Assembly: GCA_963743525.1 (NCBI GenBank)
Contig: CAVUQH010000003.1
Coordinates: 352,001-416,000, forward strand
Reading direction: 5' to 3'
DNA: 64,000 nt
Origin: an uncultured delta proteobacterium
Lineage (GTDB): Bacteria > Myxococcota_A > Polyangia > Haliangiales > Haliangiaceae
Below, in pieces: positions 40,931 to 53,050 of the stretch. The first letter of the stretch is position 1. Every line of letters begins with the position of its first letter. A program made the translations under genes and the position numbers. The notes under the pieces were generated by a model, which saw only the letters and a list, made by a program, of their open reading frames with translations, ran no database searches and had not been told where the DNA came from.

Positions 40931-41014
40931 GTCGCCCGGTGCTCGCCGGCGTCAAGGGTTCGCGCGCTTCGCGCGCCGCTTCGCGCCCTTGACACCGGCT
41001 GCGCGCCGGGCGGT
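40931..41014. other. Long imperfect hairpin upstream of the four-helix-bundle gene
   Basis: CGCCCGG/CCGGGCG, GCCGG/CCGGC and GTCAAGGG/CCCTTGAC arms; apical GCGCGC-TTC-GCGCGC. Confidence 0.75.
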
Positions 41015-41050
41015 TGGAGATGCCTCACTTTCACAAGAGGAGGATCTCCC

Positions 41051-41368
41051 ATGTTGCGTATTCATCCGGTTTGTATCGAGTTGGTTCGTCGGGTCGGGGT
41101 GTTGGCTCGGCGGATCGAGAAGCATGATCGGGATCAGGCTCGGCAGTTGAGGCGCTCGTCAACGTCGATCGTGCTCAATTTGGTCGAGGGGGCGGCGGGG
41201 CGCGGGGGCAACAAGCGGCTGCGCTATCGGAATGCGCTGGGCTCTGCGGAGGAGAGCCGGGCGAATCTCGAGGTCGCGGTGGCGCTGGGCTACGTTGGGC
41301 CGCTGGACGCTGAGTTGCGGAATCGCTTCAACCACGTGATCGGCACGTTGGTGAAGCTGGCGCGGTAG
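41051..41368 (+). CDS. Four helix bundle protein (23S-IVP / Avd-like family)
   Basis: QLRRSSTSIVLNLVEG..R...YRNALGSAEE signature; RBS GAGGAGG. Confidence 0.88.
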   Translation: MLRIHPVCIELVRRVGVLARRIEKHDRDQARQLRRSSTSIVLNLVEGAAGRGGNKRLRYRNALGSAEESRANLEVAVALGYVGPLDAELRNRFNHVIGTLVKLAR

Positions 41369-41403
41369 GCGTGCGGAGCGGGGGTGCGCTGGCACCCTCG
41401 CTC

Positions 41404-42213
<810 letters not shown>

Positions 42214-42229
42214 CGGGGCCGAGTCTATA

Positions 42230-43456
42230 TCAAATGCGCTGGCTGTAATCGACCACGCGCGGGCACTCCGGGTCGGGCAGCGCCTCGTCGCCCAGGAGGT
42301 GGTGCGACACCACCTTGCAGCCGCCCCGGCACAGGGAGAAATAGTCACAGCTGGCGCACGGTTCGGCGGCATCCTCGCGCCAGCGGCGAAAGGCGCCAAA
42401 CGCGCCCTCCTGGTCCCAGTAGGCGCCGATGCCGTCGACCGAAGGGCGCTCGGTGGGCGCCTCGGCGAAGCTGCAGGCAGTCAGCCGGCCGTCGGCCTTG
42501 GCGCCGACCAGGAAGTCGCCGCCGGTGCAGCCGTAGACCGCCAGCTTGGCCAGCAGCTCGCGGCTGGGGCGGTGATGGGCAATCATCGGCGTGTACGAGC
42601 AGTCCAGGCGGGCGCGCACCCTGTGCCGGCGGCAGGCCTCGAGCACGGTCGGCAGCAGCGCCCGGTGCTGGTCGTCGGCGCAGGTGAGGCGGGCAAAGGC
42701 GCGGGTGCCGCGGCCGGACGGCTTGAAGCGGAGCAGCTCGACCTCGTTGAGCCGGCGGGCCCGCGCGTGGGCGAACAGCGCGTCGATCTGATCGAAGTTC
42801 TTGCGCGTGACCACGACGTTGATGCCGATCTCGCGCTTGACCCGGCGCAGCTCCTGCAGCGCGTGGTCGGCGGCGGCGAAGCCGTCGAAGCCGCGGACCT
42901 CGGCGTAGGTCGGACCGAGGCCGTCGAGCGAGACGTTGATCTGGCCGAACAGATCGGCAATCGGCACCAGCCGGTCGAGGCCCTCGAGGCCGCTGGTGGT
43001 CAGGTTGGGCACCAGGCCGCGGCTGCGCGCGTGGCGGGCGACGTCGCCGAGCCACGGCAGCACCGCGCTCTCGCCGCCGCCCAGCGCCAGGTGGAAGACG
43101 CCGCGCTCGGCCAGCGCGTCGATGGCGCGCATCCACTCGGCGGCTCCCCACTCGCCCGGCAGGCCGCGCGGCGTCGCCGCGGTGTAGCAGCCGCGGCAGC
43201 CGGCGCCGCACTGGTTGGTCAGCTGCAGGTGCGCCTCTAGCGGCGCCGCCAGCACGCTGCGACCGACCTCGCCGTCGTCGGCCGGGTCGCGCCACAGCTC
43301 GCCGCCGTCGACGCCCAGGTCGCGGGCGTAGTCGCGGTCGACGAACACCAGCGCCCGCGGGCGCTCGAGCTGGACGATGGCGCCGAACGGCTCGGCGCGC
43401 ACCTGGCGCGGGCGCGGGCGCCTAGCTCTGGTCAGCAGGTTGCGAAGAATCGGCAT
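42230..43456 (-). CDS. Radical SAM/SPASM-domain protein
   Basis: CGAGCRGC (CxxxCxxC), GGGE, SLDG; SPASM cysteines GCTGG..ACSF..CASC..CRGGC..ECP. Confidence 0.92.
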   Translation of the reverse strand: MPILRNLLTRARRPRPRQVRAEPFGAIVQLERPRALVFVDRDYARDLGVDGGELWRDPADDGEVGRSVLAAPLEAHLQLTNQCGAGCRGCYTAATPRGLPGEWGAAEWMRAIDALAERGVFHLALGGGESAVLPWLGDVARHARSRGLVPNLTTSGLEGLDRLVPIADLFGQINVSLDGLGPTYAEVRGFDGFAAADHALQELRRVKREIGINVVVTRKNFDQIDALFAHARARRLNEVELLRFKPSGRGTRAFARLTCADDQHRALLPTVLEACRRHRVRARLDCSYTPMIAHHRPSRELLAKLAVYGCTGGDFLVGAKADGRLTACSFAEAPTERPSVDGIGAYWDQEGAFGAFRRWREDAAEPCASCDYFSLCRGGCKVVSHHLLGDEALPDPECPRVVDYSQRI

Positions 43457-43643
43457 CGGGCGTCGGGCGGCGCATGCGAATGAGCGCCGACACCACCGGA
43501 GTCAGAATCGACAGCGCGGCGGCGCCGAACAACAGAAAGGTCACGTCGACCCCGAGGCTGGACGAGTTGGGGTTGAGCCCCAGCTTGACCGCCAGGACCC
43601 GTCCTCGTCGTCTGCGCAGGAGGCCCATGGGCGAACTATACAT
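43422..43643 (-). CDS. Small single-TM peptide with GLNPNSSSLG motif (alternative start 43628); candidate radical SAM substrate
   Basis: Fills the gap between the TPR gene and the rSAM gene and overlaps both; basic N-terminus, polar motif, hydrophobic helix. Confidence 0.7.
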   Translation of the reverse strand: MYSSPMGLLRRRRGRVLAVKLGLNPNSSSLGVDVTFLLFGAAALSILTPVVSALIRMRRPTPDADSSQPADQS

Positions 43644-44778
43644 CGGGCCCGAAGCGGACGGTCGAGACGATCATGTCGAGCAGCCGGGTCCGGTGCACGG
43701 CGATGTAACAGGCGGCGATCACGCCCACGACCGCGGCCAGGGCGTGCGCGGCGACCAGCAGGCGCCGTTTTCGGTGCAGGCGAATCGCCACGCCGTGCAG
43801 CCAGGTGATGGCTACACCGGCACCGGCGATGATCGCCACCGCCGGCGCGATCTCACTGTATCCGGTGAGCGAGGTCGCCCACAGCACCAGGGCGACCGGC
43901 AGCATGTAGATCACCTCGATCGGCGGACGCGTCAGCGCGCGCAGCGCGGCTCGCGGTGAGCCGGCGCCCAGACCAATCGACGCGAGCAGGCCGACGAACA
44001 GCAGGGCGAGCAGCCAGCTGCGACGCCAGGTAGAGGCGGGCGCGCAGCCGTTCGCGGGCGACCAGCGCCCGGGCGTCGTCGACGCTGCGCGCGCGCGCCG
44101 GGTCGTCGCCGGCGCGCATGGCGCCGACGTAGCGGTCGGCGGCGTCGAAGCGACCGGCGCGGGCGGCCAGCTCGGCGGCGCGGCCCAGGGCCTGGAACGC
44201 CTCGTCGCTGTCGGGCCAGCCGGCGACCACGTGGTCGAGGGCAGCCAGCGCGTCGCCGGTGCGGCCGGCGCGGGCGTAGGCGTCGCCCAGCCACGACCAC
44301 GCCTCGACCGCTCCGGGCCACTTGGGGTTGTGGGCGACCAGTGCTTCCATGCGCCGGATCGACTCGGCCTCGGGCCGGTCGGCGTGACCGAAGAGGATGT
44401 CGTTCATCTCCGCCAGCGCCGCTGCGCCGGTGTCGCCGGGGCCCATCGCCGCGCGCAGGTGGGCCAGGCGGCGCTCGGCGCCCAGCGACACCCGGCTGTC
44501 GGGGTAGTCGCGGAGCAGCCGCTGGTACAGCGCGGCGGCTCTGGCCGGATCGCCGAGCTTCTCCTCGTACAGCTGCGCGGCGCTGAACAGCGCGTCGTCG
44601 GCCAGCGGGTCGGCCGGCAGCTGGTCGGCCAGCGCCACCAGCGCGGCGGCCGCATCGGCGTCGTCGCCGCGGGCGCGCATGGCGCTGGCGGCGGCAAATC
44701 GGTCGGCGCCGCTGTCGGCCCGCGCCTCGCCGCTCAGCGCGCACGCGAGCAGCGCGCACACGACGAGCGCGCGCCGCA

Positions 44779-44779
<1 letters not shown>
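43636..44779 (-). pseudogene. Exported TPR protein with C-terminal TM helices, frameshifted near 44014 (possibly a sequencing error)
   Basis: ATG overlaps the regulator stop (TGATG); the frame ..RLYLASQL continues in another frame as LLALLFVGLLAS..IEVIYMLP to the stop at 43636. Confidence 0.72.
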
Positions 44780-46216
<1,437 letters not shown>

Positions 46217-46224
<8 letters not shown>

Positions 46225-47260
46225 GCCGCTCTCCCTCGTCTTCGCTGTCGTCCTCGCCCTCGCCCTCACCCTCGCCCTCGCCCTCACCCTCACCCTCACC
46301 CTCGCCCTCACCCTCACCCTCACCCTCACCCTCGCCCTCACCCTCACCCTCGCCCTCACCCTCGCCCTCCACCCGCCGATTCCGCGTCGTCAGATAGATC
46401 GCCACCACCAGCAGCACACCGCCGGCGATCATCAACCACTTGTTCGACTTCGACTCCCCGCCGCCGCCCTCGCCTGTGTACAGCACATGGCCCTTGCCCG
46501 CGCCCGCCGGCGCCTCGCCCATCCGCGGCGCGTTCGACTCCACCGCCCCCACGGGCACGTCCGGGGCCTCGCTCTTCGGGCAGTCATCGCCCACCGCGCT
46601 CGCCGGCAGCGCCGCCAGCGGCGCCGGCGTCTCCGCCCGCACCTCCAGCGTCGCCAGCACGCGCTGGCACAGCGGGTCGAGATCCTTCTGTCGGTCCTCG
46701 CGCATCACGCACTCGGCGATGACGACGCGCGCACGCTTCTCCGGCGTCGCGTACGCCAGCATGCGCGACCGCGACACCAGCCCGGTTTCGCCGTTCTGCC
46801 ACACCAGCGTCGCCGACGCGACGTCGCCGTTGACCGACTCGCTCCAGCTCAGCCGCTTGCGCTGGCCCGCGCCGCACCACAGCTGCTTCTCCCGATCGAC
46901 CTCGCGCCGCAGCGCCGCCACCGGATCGTCCACCGGCGCCAGCGTCCCGGCCCAGGTGACGTGGAACAGCAGCCCGTCGACCGGCGCGAACGAATCGGCG
47001 CCGCTCTGATACGGCGCGCCGTGGAAGTAGCCGGCGTGGCTGGCGTCGCTGCTGGTCGTCGCCGACAGATCGGCATTGCGGGTCCAGTCCTGCGGCAGCG
47101 CGATCTTGAACAGGCTCAGCTTCGGCGGCTCGACCGACGGCTTGCGCAGCCCGTCGTCGCCCGCCGCTTGCACCGGGCCGGCCAGCGCCAGCGCCAGCGT
47201 CAGCGCGACGGCGCCGCCGGGCAGGCGGCCGCGGCCGCGGCGGGATATCGGTCGTTGCAC
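46217..47260 (-). CDS. Exported protein with a C-terminal TM helix and an (EG)n acidic tail; start uncertain
   Basis: Signal peptide LALALAGPVQA; TM WLMIAGGVLLVVAIYL-TTRNRR. Confidence 0.65.
46252..46370 (-). repeat. Hexamer tract (GAGGGT/GAGGGC)n encoding Glu-Gly
   Basis: (CCCTCA/CCCTCG)n on the + strand. Confidence 0.95.
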
Positions 47261-47613
47261 AGACACGCGAACACTTTGGCACGGTCGCCCGACTCGGAGA
47301 ACCCGATCGTCACCGGTCCGCGATACCCACCTAGCACGATTTCGCCGCTCGCGCGGCCCGGCTCGGCGCGGAAGCTGCCATCCGGGCCCAGCCCCTCGGC
47401 CAGGCCGGCGGCGACCTCGTCCGGAGATGCCCCGACCGGCAGATCCAGGCTGACTTCGACCCGCAGGCAGCCCAGCCCCGGATCGGCGCCGACGGTCACC
47501 GACTCGACCGACCCGCCCGCGGCCGCCGTCGCCGCCCGGCCGGCGCCGGGCAGGTCGTGCCACGACACCGCCGTCGCCGCGGCCAGCGCCAGCAGCACGG
47601 CGCCGCCGGTCAC
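47200..47613 (-). CDS. Small exported hypothetical protein
   Basis: GTGA overlap with the astA stop; signal-like N-terminus; Cys-containing C-terminus. Confidence 0.5.
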   Translation of the reverse strand: MTGGAVLLALAAATAVSWHDLPGAGRAATAAAGGSVESVTVGADPGLGCLRVEVSLDLPVGASPDEVAAGLAEGLGPDGSFRAEPGRASGEIVLGGYRGPVTIGFSESGDRAKVFACLCNDRYPAAAAAACPAAPSR

Positions 47614-48620
47614 GGCGTCACCGCCCACACCTCGTCGCCGACCTCGACCTCCAGCCGCTGCCGTTCGTCGGCGCTCAGGCTGATCGCCTCGCCGGTGACC
47701 TGCGCGCGGACCGAGATCGAGCGGAACGACTCGGCGGTCGGCTCGCTGGCGATCAGAGACCACGGCCCCTCACCGCCGTTTGGCTCGACGACTCGCAGCT
47801 TGCCCGCACCCTGCACCAGGGTGATGTCGTCGGTCCTGGCGATGAAGTGCGGGCCGCCGTCGAACGGATCGATCTGTTCGGCATACTCGAAGCCGATGCG
47901 GCGCAAGATCTTCTCGACCCCGCGGGTAGCCGGCCCGACCTCGCCGATCACGCGGTGCACCTCGTCGGGCAACAGCGACGTGTAGATGAGGGTGTGGGGG
48001 AACAGCGCCTTGATGAACTCCTTGTTGTCCTTCGACAACAGGTCGGCCTCCTGATAGGTGAGGCCGGTGAACACGCGGCCCAGGTGCTCCCACAGCACGC
48101 TGGTGCCGTCGTCCTCGAGCGGCGGCAGAAGCTCCGACAACACGCGGTCGCGGAACAGCTCGCGGTGCATGGCGATGAACAGGAAGCGGGTGTACGACAG
48201 CAGCTTGCCCAGCGATGCCGGGTTGCCGCGGTACTCGGGCAGAAGGATCAACCCGCCGATCTCGGTGGGGCCGTTGTAGTCGTAGCCCAGGCGCAGACAC
48301 TGGTGCACGAAGTAGCGGTCCAGGGTCTCCGAGTAGCGTTCTTCCTTGAACACTTCGAAGTAGACGTGCGGCGCCCGGCGGGTGCCGTGCTGGGCGTGGA
48401 TCATCGACGTGCCGATGACCCGGTTGGCCTCGAGATCTTCGAGCACGAACAGGTACTCGCGCTCCTCGGCCGGGACCGCGCCGGTGAACGAGTAGTCCGA
48501 GAGCTCGAGGATGCGCTCGATGTGGCCGCGCTCGGCCGGCAGGTTGACGGTGTCCAGGTGCTCGGCGACCGCCAGGATCTGGTCGACGTCGCTCCGCGAT
48601 GATTGCCGCATCACGAACAT
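47610..48620 (-). CDS. astA: Arginine N-succinyltransferase
   Basis: YLFVLED, TEIGGLIL.PEYR, GKLLS..RFLF and IDPFDGGP motifs. Confidence 0.9.
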   Translation of the reverse strand: MFVMRQSSRSDVDQILAVAEHLDTVNLPAERGHIERILELSDYSFTGAVPAEEREYLFVLEDLEANRVIGTSMIHAQHGTRRAPHVYFEVFKEERYSETLDRYFVHQCLRLGYDYNGPTEIGGLILLPEYRGNPASLGKLLSYTRFLFIAMHRELFRDRVLSELLPPLEDDGTSVLWEHLGRVFTGLTYQEADLLSKDNKEFIKALFPHTLIYTSLLPDEVHRVIGEVGPATRGVEKILRRIGFEYAEQIDPFDGGPHFIARTDDITLVQGAGKLRVVEPNGGEGPWSLIASEPTAESFRSISVRAQVTGEAISLSADERQRLEVEVGDEVWAVTP

Positions 48621-48639
48621 GCGCCCCGGAGGGTACTGC

Positions 48640-49596
48640 CTACGGCACGATCGAAGCCAGTGCTCCGACCACGGCGTCGGCGGCGGAATCGCCGGTTTGA
48701 CGCACCCAGCCGGCGATCTTCGCGTCCATCAGCTCGCGCGCCAGATCCGATCCGTCGAGGATGCGCACCGGCGGCTTGCCGTGGGCTTCGCGCCGGGCGT
48801 TCTCCCGGTCGAGCCACTTCATCGCCTGCGGGAAGGCCAGCGCCGTCGCCTTGTGGGTGTCGTGCATGATCACCACCGCGCGTCGATTGTCGCGGGCCAG
48901 GTGGCCGAACTTGCGCCGCAGGGTGCCGGTCACGCGCACCGCGTCGTGGTCCTTCCACTCCTGCGGATCGATGTCCCAGTGCAGGTGATCGATGCCGCGC
49001 TCGTCGAGCAGCTTGACCAGCTTGCGGCAGTGATCGCCGTACGGCGTGCGGAAGTAGACCAGCGGCATGTGCACCAGCTCTTGCAGCGCGTCGTGGCTGT
49101 CGTCGATCTCGGCCGCCGCCTGTTTCACCGGCAGGTGGCACAGGTGCGGGTGGGTCATCGTGTGATTGCCGACGATGTGACCTTCGCGGATCATCCTCTC
49201 GACCAGCGCGCGGCGCTTGGCCCGGTGCTCGCTGTCTTTGGTCACCCGCCAGCCGACGAGGAAGAAGATGGCGTGGATGTGCCGCTTCTTGAGCTCGTCG
49301 AGGATGACCGGCGTGTACTTCTCGCTGGGGCCGTCGTCGAACGTGAAGATCAGCTCGGGGTCACCGCTGTGGCTGTGCCCGGCGGCCGGCAGCGGCCATC
49401 GCGTGTACGAGCCGACCTTGGGCTTGCGATGCCACGCCGCCGGCTCGGGTGCCGACGGCGCGCGCGGCTGCGTGGCCGCCTGGCGCCCTCGGTCGACCAC
49501 GGCCTTCGTCGGCTTGCGCGACACTCGCCGCTCGGCACCCGCAGGGGCCGAAGCCATGGCGAGCACCGCGGAAGTGACGACGAGACAGCGACGCAT
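48640..49596 (-). CDS. Exported polysaccharide deacetylase (CE4/NodB)
   Basis: [20 protein letters not shown] and IMHD motifs. Confidence 0.9.
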   Translation of the reverse strand: MRRCLVVTSAVLAMASAPAGAERRVSRKPTKAVVDRGRQAATQPRAPSAPEPAAWHRKPKVGSYTRWPLPAAGHSHSGDPELIFTFDDGPSEKYTPVILDELKKRHIHAIFFLVGWRVTKDSEHRAKRRALVERMIREGHIVGNHTMTHPHLCHLPVKQAAAEIDDSHDALQELVHMPLVYFRTPYGDHCRKLVKLLDERGIDHLHWDIDPQEWKDHDAVRVTGTLRRKFGHLARDNRRAVVIMHDTHKATALAFPQAMKWLDRENARREAHGKPPVRILDGSDLARELMDAKIAGWVRQTGDSAADAVVGALASIVP

Positions 49597-49670
49597 CGAG
49601 CACATCAGAATAGCGCGTCCCGGGTCGCCGGGCGCATTTCTGACAACACCCTCCGGAGGCCGGCTGTTCC

Positions 49671-50141
49671 CTAGAACGGAATGTCGTCGTCGGGACCGCC
49701 GCCGCCGCCACCGCCGTAGCCGCCGCCGCCGTTGCCGAAGTCGGGCTCACTGGGTGGCGGGAAGTCGCCGCCGCCGCGCCCGCCGCCGCCGCCGCCTGCG
49801 CCGCGCTCGCCGCCGCTCAGGAACTGGACGTCATTCGCAATGATCTCGGTCATGTAGCGCTTGTTGCCGTCCTGGTCTTCCCACGAACGGGTGCGCAGGC
49901 GGCCCTCGACGTAGATCTGCCGGCCCTTGCTCAGGTACTTGGCGCAGGTCTCGCCGCGCTTGCCCCAGACGACGATGCGGTGCCACTCCGTGCGCTCCTG
50001 GCGCTGGCCACTCTTGTCCATCCACGACTCGTTGGTCGCCAGGCGCATCTCACAGACGCCCTGTCCGCTGGGGGTGTAGCGCATGTCCGGGTCTGCGCCC
50101 AGGTTGCCCACGAGGATGACTTTGTTGACGCCGCTCGCCAT
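49671..50141 (-). CDS. ssb: Single-stranded DNA-binding protein
   Basis: [18 protein letters not shown] and C-terminal DDDIPF. Confidence 0.97.
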   Translation of the reverse strand: MASGVNKVILVGNLGADPDMRYTPSGQGVCEMRLATNESWMDKSGQRQERTEWHRIVVWGKRGETCAKYLSKGRQIYVEGRLRTRSWEDQDGNKRYMTEIIANDVQFLSGGERGAGGGGGGRGGGDFPPPSEPDFGNGGGGYGGGGGGGPDDDIPF

Positions 50142-50242
50142 CGCGTTGCTCCTTGAAAACCGTTGGCGACGCTAGCATGGTCGTGTGACACGCGCCGCCG
50201 CTGCCGCTTGTGCCGGCCGCGCGGGCCCGGTAAACACGTCCG

Positions 50243-51010
50243 ATGTTTCGCGGTCTCTCGATCGGCGTGGTCATTCCCGCCTTCAATGAAGAGCATGCGA
50301 TCGCCCACGCGGTGGATGCGGTGCCCGACCTCGTCAACGTCGCCATCGTCGTCGACGACGCCTCGCACGACGACACAGCTGGCGCCGCCGAGCGGGTCGT
50401 TCGCGCGCACGGCAACACCCGGTTCGAGATCGTCCGCCACGCCGAGAACCGCGGCGTCGGCGGCGCCATCGTCACCGGCTACCGGCGGGTGCTGGCGCTC
50501 GGTCTCGACGTCGCGGTGGTGATGGCCGGCGACGGGCAGATGGATCCCGCTGACCTCGAGGGGTTGCTCGCACCGATCGCCGACGACCGCGCCGACTACG
50601 CCAAGGGCAATCGCTTCCTTCATCCCGACATCTGGCGGGCGATGCCGACGGCGCGCCTGGTCGGCAACATGGTGCTGTCGGCGGCGACGCGTCTGACCAG
50701 CGGCTACCGCCACGTCTTCGACTCGCAGTGCGGCTATACCGCGATCACCCGGCGCGCGCTGGCGGCGATCGATCTCGACCGCGTCTTCCCCCGCTACGGC
50801 TATCCCAACGATCTGCTCGCGCGGCTGCACGCCGCCGGCATGCGCGTGGTCGACGTGCCGGTGCGACCGGTCTACGGCCCCGGCTGGAAGAGCGGCATCG
50901 GCATCCACACCGTCGTCTATCCGGTGGCGTACGTGTTGTTCCGCTCGTGGGCCACGCGCGTGGTCGCCGAGCGCGCGCCGGCGCTTCCCGAGGGTGCCCC
51001 CGAGAGCTGA
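50243..51010 (+). CDS. GT2 glycosyltransferase (DPM1-like)
   Basis: VVIPAFNE, VVDDAS.D, NRGVG, MAGDGQ and DSQCG motifs. Confidence 0.9.
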   Translation: MFRGLSIGVVIPAFNEEHAIAHAVDAVPDLVNVAIVVDDASHDDTAGAAERVVRAHGNTRFEIVRHAENRGVGGAIVTGYRRVLALGLDVAVVMAGDGQMDPADLEGLLAPIADDRADYAKGNRFLHPDIWRAMPTARLVGNMVLSAATRLTSGYRHVFDSQCGYTAITRRALAAIDLDRVFPRYGYPNDLLARLHAAGMRVVDVPVRPVYGPGWKSGIGIHTVVYPVAYVLFRSWATRVVAERAPALPEGAPES

Positions 51011-52179
51011 TGCGCGTCGGCATCGTCACCACCTCGTATCCCCGCGCGCCCGGTGATCCCGCCGGCGGCTTCGTCGCCGAGCACGTGGCCTGGCTGCGCG
51101 GCGCCGGCTGCGAGGTCGAGGTGATCGCGGCCGGCGACGGCAGCCCCGACGACGGCGCCGCCGTGCGCATCGACGCTCCCGGGTTGTTCTACGGCGGCGG
51201 CGCCCCCGAGGCGCTCGAGCGCGGCGCCCGGCTGGCGGCCGCCGGCTTTTCGCTGCGCCTGTGCGCCGAGGTTCGCGCGCGCGCTCGTCGCTGGGATGCG
51301 GTGGTCGCCCACTGGTTGGCGCCGTCGGCGCTGGCGGTGGCGCTGGCCGCGCGCCGACCGGCGGTGGCGATCGCGCACTCGGGCGACGTCCACCTGCTGG
51401 CGCGCGCTGGATTGGCCGACGCCGCCGCGGCTCTGCTCCGCGCGCGCCGCATGCCGGTGGTGTTCGTCAGCGATGCCGTGCGCGAGCGGCTGGCCGGCGC
51501 CTGTCGGTCGCGCCGATCGCGCGCGTGGATCCGATCGATGCCGGTGGTGCCGATGGGCATCGACAGCGCGCGGCTGGCGCGGGCCGCCGGCGACGGCTCG
51601 CGCGACGGGCGCACCGTGGTCTTCCTCGGCCGACTGGTTCCGATCAAAGGAGTGGACGTTCTGGTCAACGCGGCCGCGGGGCTGCCCGACGGCGCCCGCG
51701 TGATCGTCGCCGGCGACGGACCCGAGCGCGACCGCCTGCGCGCGCGCGCCGCACACCTGGGCGAGCGAGTCGCGTTTTGCGGCGAAGTGCGCGGCGCCGA
51801 TCGCGATCGTCTACTGGCCGGCGCCGACGTGGTGGCGCTGCCGTCGATCGCGCTGCCCGACGGCCGCCATGAAGGCGCGCCGCTGGTCGCGCTCGAGGCA
51901 ATGGCCGCGGGCGCTGCGGTGGTGGCGTCGGCATCGGGCGGGCTGGCGGAGCTGCCCGCGGCCGCAGTCACGCACGTGGCCCCCGGCGATCCCGCGGCGC
52001 TGGCGAGCGCCATCGGCACGCTGCTCGGCGACCCGTCACTGCGCGCGCGACGCGCCCGCGCCGGCCTCGATCACGCTCGATCCCGCGACTGGACGATGGT
52101 CGGACCAAAGCTGGTCGAAACGCTGAGGATCTTTCACGATGTGCGAACTGATTTGCACATGAGCCGCGTAACTGCGTGA
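51010..52179 (+). CDS. GT4 glycosyltransferase
   Basis: TTSYPR, FLGRLVPIKG and EGAPLVALEAMAAG motifs; TGATG coupling to the GT2 gene. Confidence 0.9.
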   Translation: MRVGIVTTSYPRAPGDPAGGFVAEHVAWLRGAGCEVEVIAAGDGSPDDGAAVRIDAPGLFYGGGAPEALERGARLAAAGFSLRLCAEVRARARRWDAVVAHWLAPSALAVALAARRPAVAIAHSGDVHLLARAGLADAAAALLRARRMPVVFVSDAVRERLAGACRSRRSRAWIRSMPVVPMGIDSARLARAAGDGSRDGRTVVFLGRLVPIKGVDVLVNAAAGLPDGARVIVAGDGPERDRLRARAAHLGERVAFCGEVRGADRDRLLAGADVVALPSIALPDGRHEGAPLVALEAMAAGAAVVASASGGLAELPAAAVTHVAPGDPAALASAIGTLLGDPSLRARRARAGLDHARSRDWTMVGPKLVETLRIFHDVRTDLHMSRVTA

Positions 52180-52325
52180 CCGACTTCGCGCCGATCTGCC
52201 CCGATCGACCCCCTCTCTGCGCGATGTAGGACCACCGCCCACAGGCGCGGGAATTTCAGCGGTTTCGGGCATTCCGACAGCTTCTCCACACGAAAAGGCG
52301 GCTCATCCACAGCCTCGTGGCGACT

Positions 52326-52341
52326 CGGCACCAAAGGTGCA
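52326..52341 (+). promoter_or_regulatory. Possible sigma54 promoter
   Basis: CGGCAC-CAAAG-GTGCA fits GG-N10-GC and is nearly identical to the site at 56939. Confidence 0.35.
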
Positions 52342-52355
52342 ATGGGATCTTCACG

Positions 52356-52970
52356 ATGTCGAGGGTGCCTGATGTATCCGTGATCCTTCCCTTCGCCGAC
52401 CACGAGGATGTCATCGGGACGGCGGTGCGACGGCTCTCGGCACATCTGCGCGAGCTCGGTCTGACGTTCGAGCTGATCGCGGTGGACGAAGACTCCGGCG
52501 ACAACTCGCACGCGGTGCTGGCCCTGCTCCGCCCCGACTTTCCCGAGCTGCACATCAGCAACGCTCCCGGTCGCGGCCGCGGCATCGCCTGCGGTGCGCG
52601 TCGCGCGCGTGGCCGCGCGCTGTGGGTGATCGAGCCGACCGTCGCCGCCGCGTCGCCGCTGGCGCCGTTCGCTCGCGCGCACCGCCGCATCGCCCGCGGC
52701 GAGCGCGAGCTGGTCGCCGTCGGCGCGCGCTTCATCATCGGCAACCGCACCCGCTGCCTGCCGGTCATCGACGGCATGCGCGGCACCGGCTGGAGCTTCC
52801 AGCGCAAGCTGGCCCGTCGCGCACAGGCGCGCGGGCTGGCGGTCGAGCACCAGGTGGTGGGCGGGGCCCATCGCGCCCGTGCCCCGGGCGAGCGGCGGCT
52901 GGCGCGACTGCTGGGCGCACTGGCCCCGGCGCGATTCTCGCCGCTTCGCGCCGAGCGCAATCTCTGGTGA
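52356..52970 (+). CDS. Degenerate GT2-fold protein
   Basis: VSVILPF, ELIAVDEDSGDNS; the DxD position reads IEP. Confidence 0.65.
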   Translation: MSRVPDVSVILPFADHEDVIGTAVRRLSAHLRELGLTFELIAVDEDSGDNSHAVLALLRPDFPELHISNAPGRGRGIACGARRARGRALWVIEPTVAAASPLAPFARAHRRIARGERELVAVGARFIIGNRTRCLPVIDGMRGTGWSFQRKLARRAQARGLAVEHQVVGGAHRARAPGERRLARLLGALAPARFSPLRAERNLW

Positions 52971-53050
52971 TCCAGGGTCGTGCTGGCCGATTGGGCAGGT
53001 AGAGCCGCCTGCGGTAGCCGCAGGTAGCCTCACTGCTATACTGTCCGGCG

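Noticed and set aside
40741..41368. Diversity-generating retroelement
   Set aside because: An Avd-like fold and a hairpin are present, but there is no reverse transcriptase and I saw no TR/VR pair differing at adenines.
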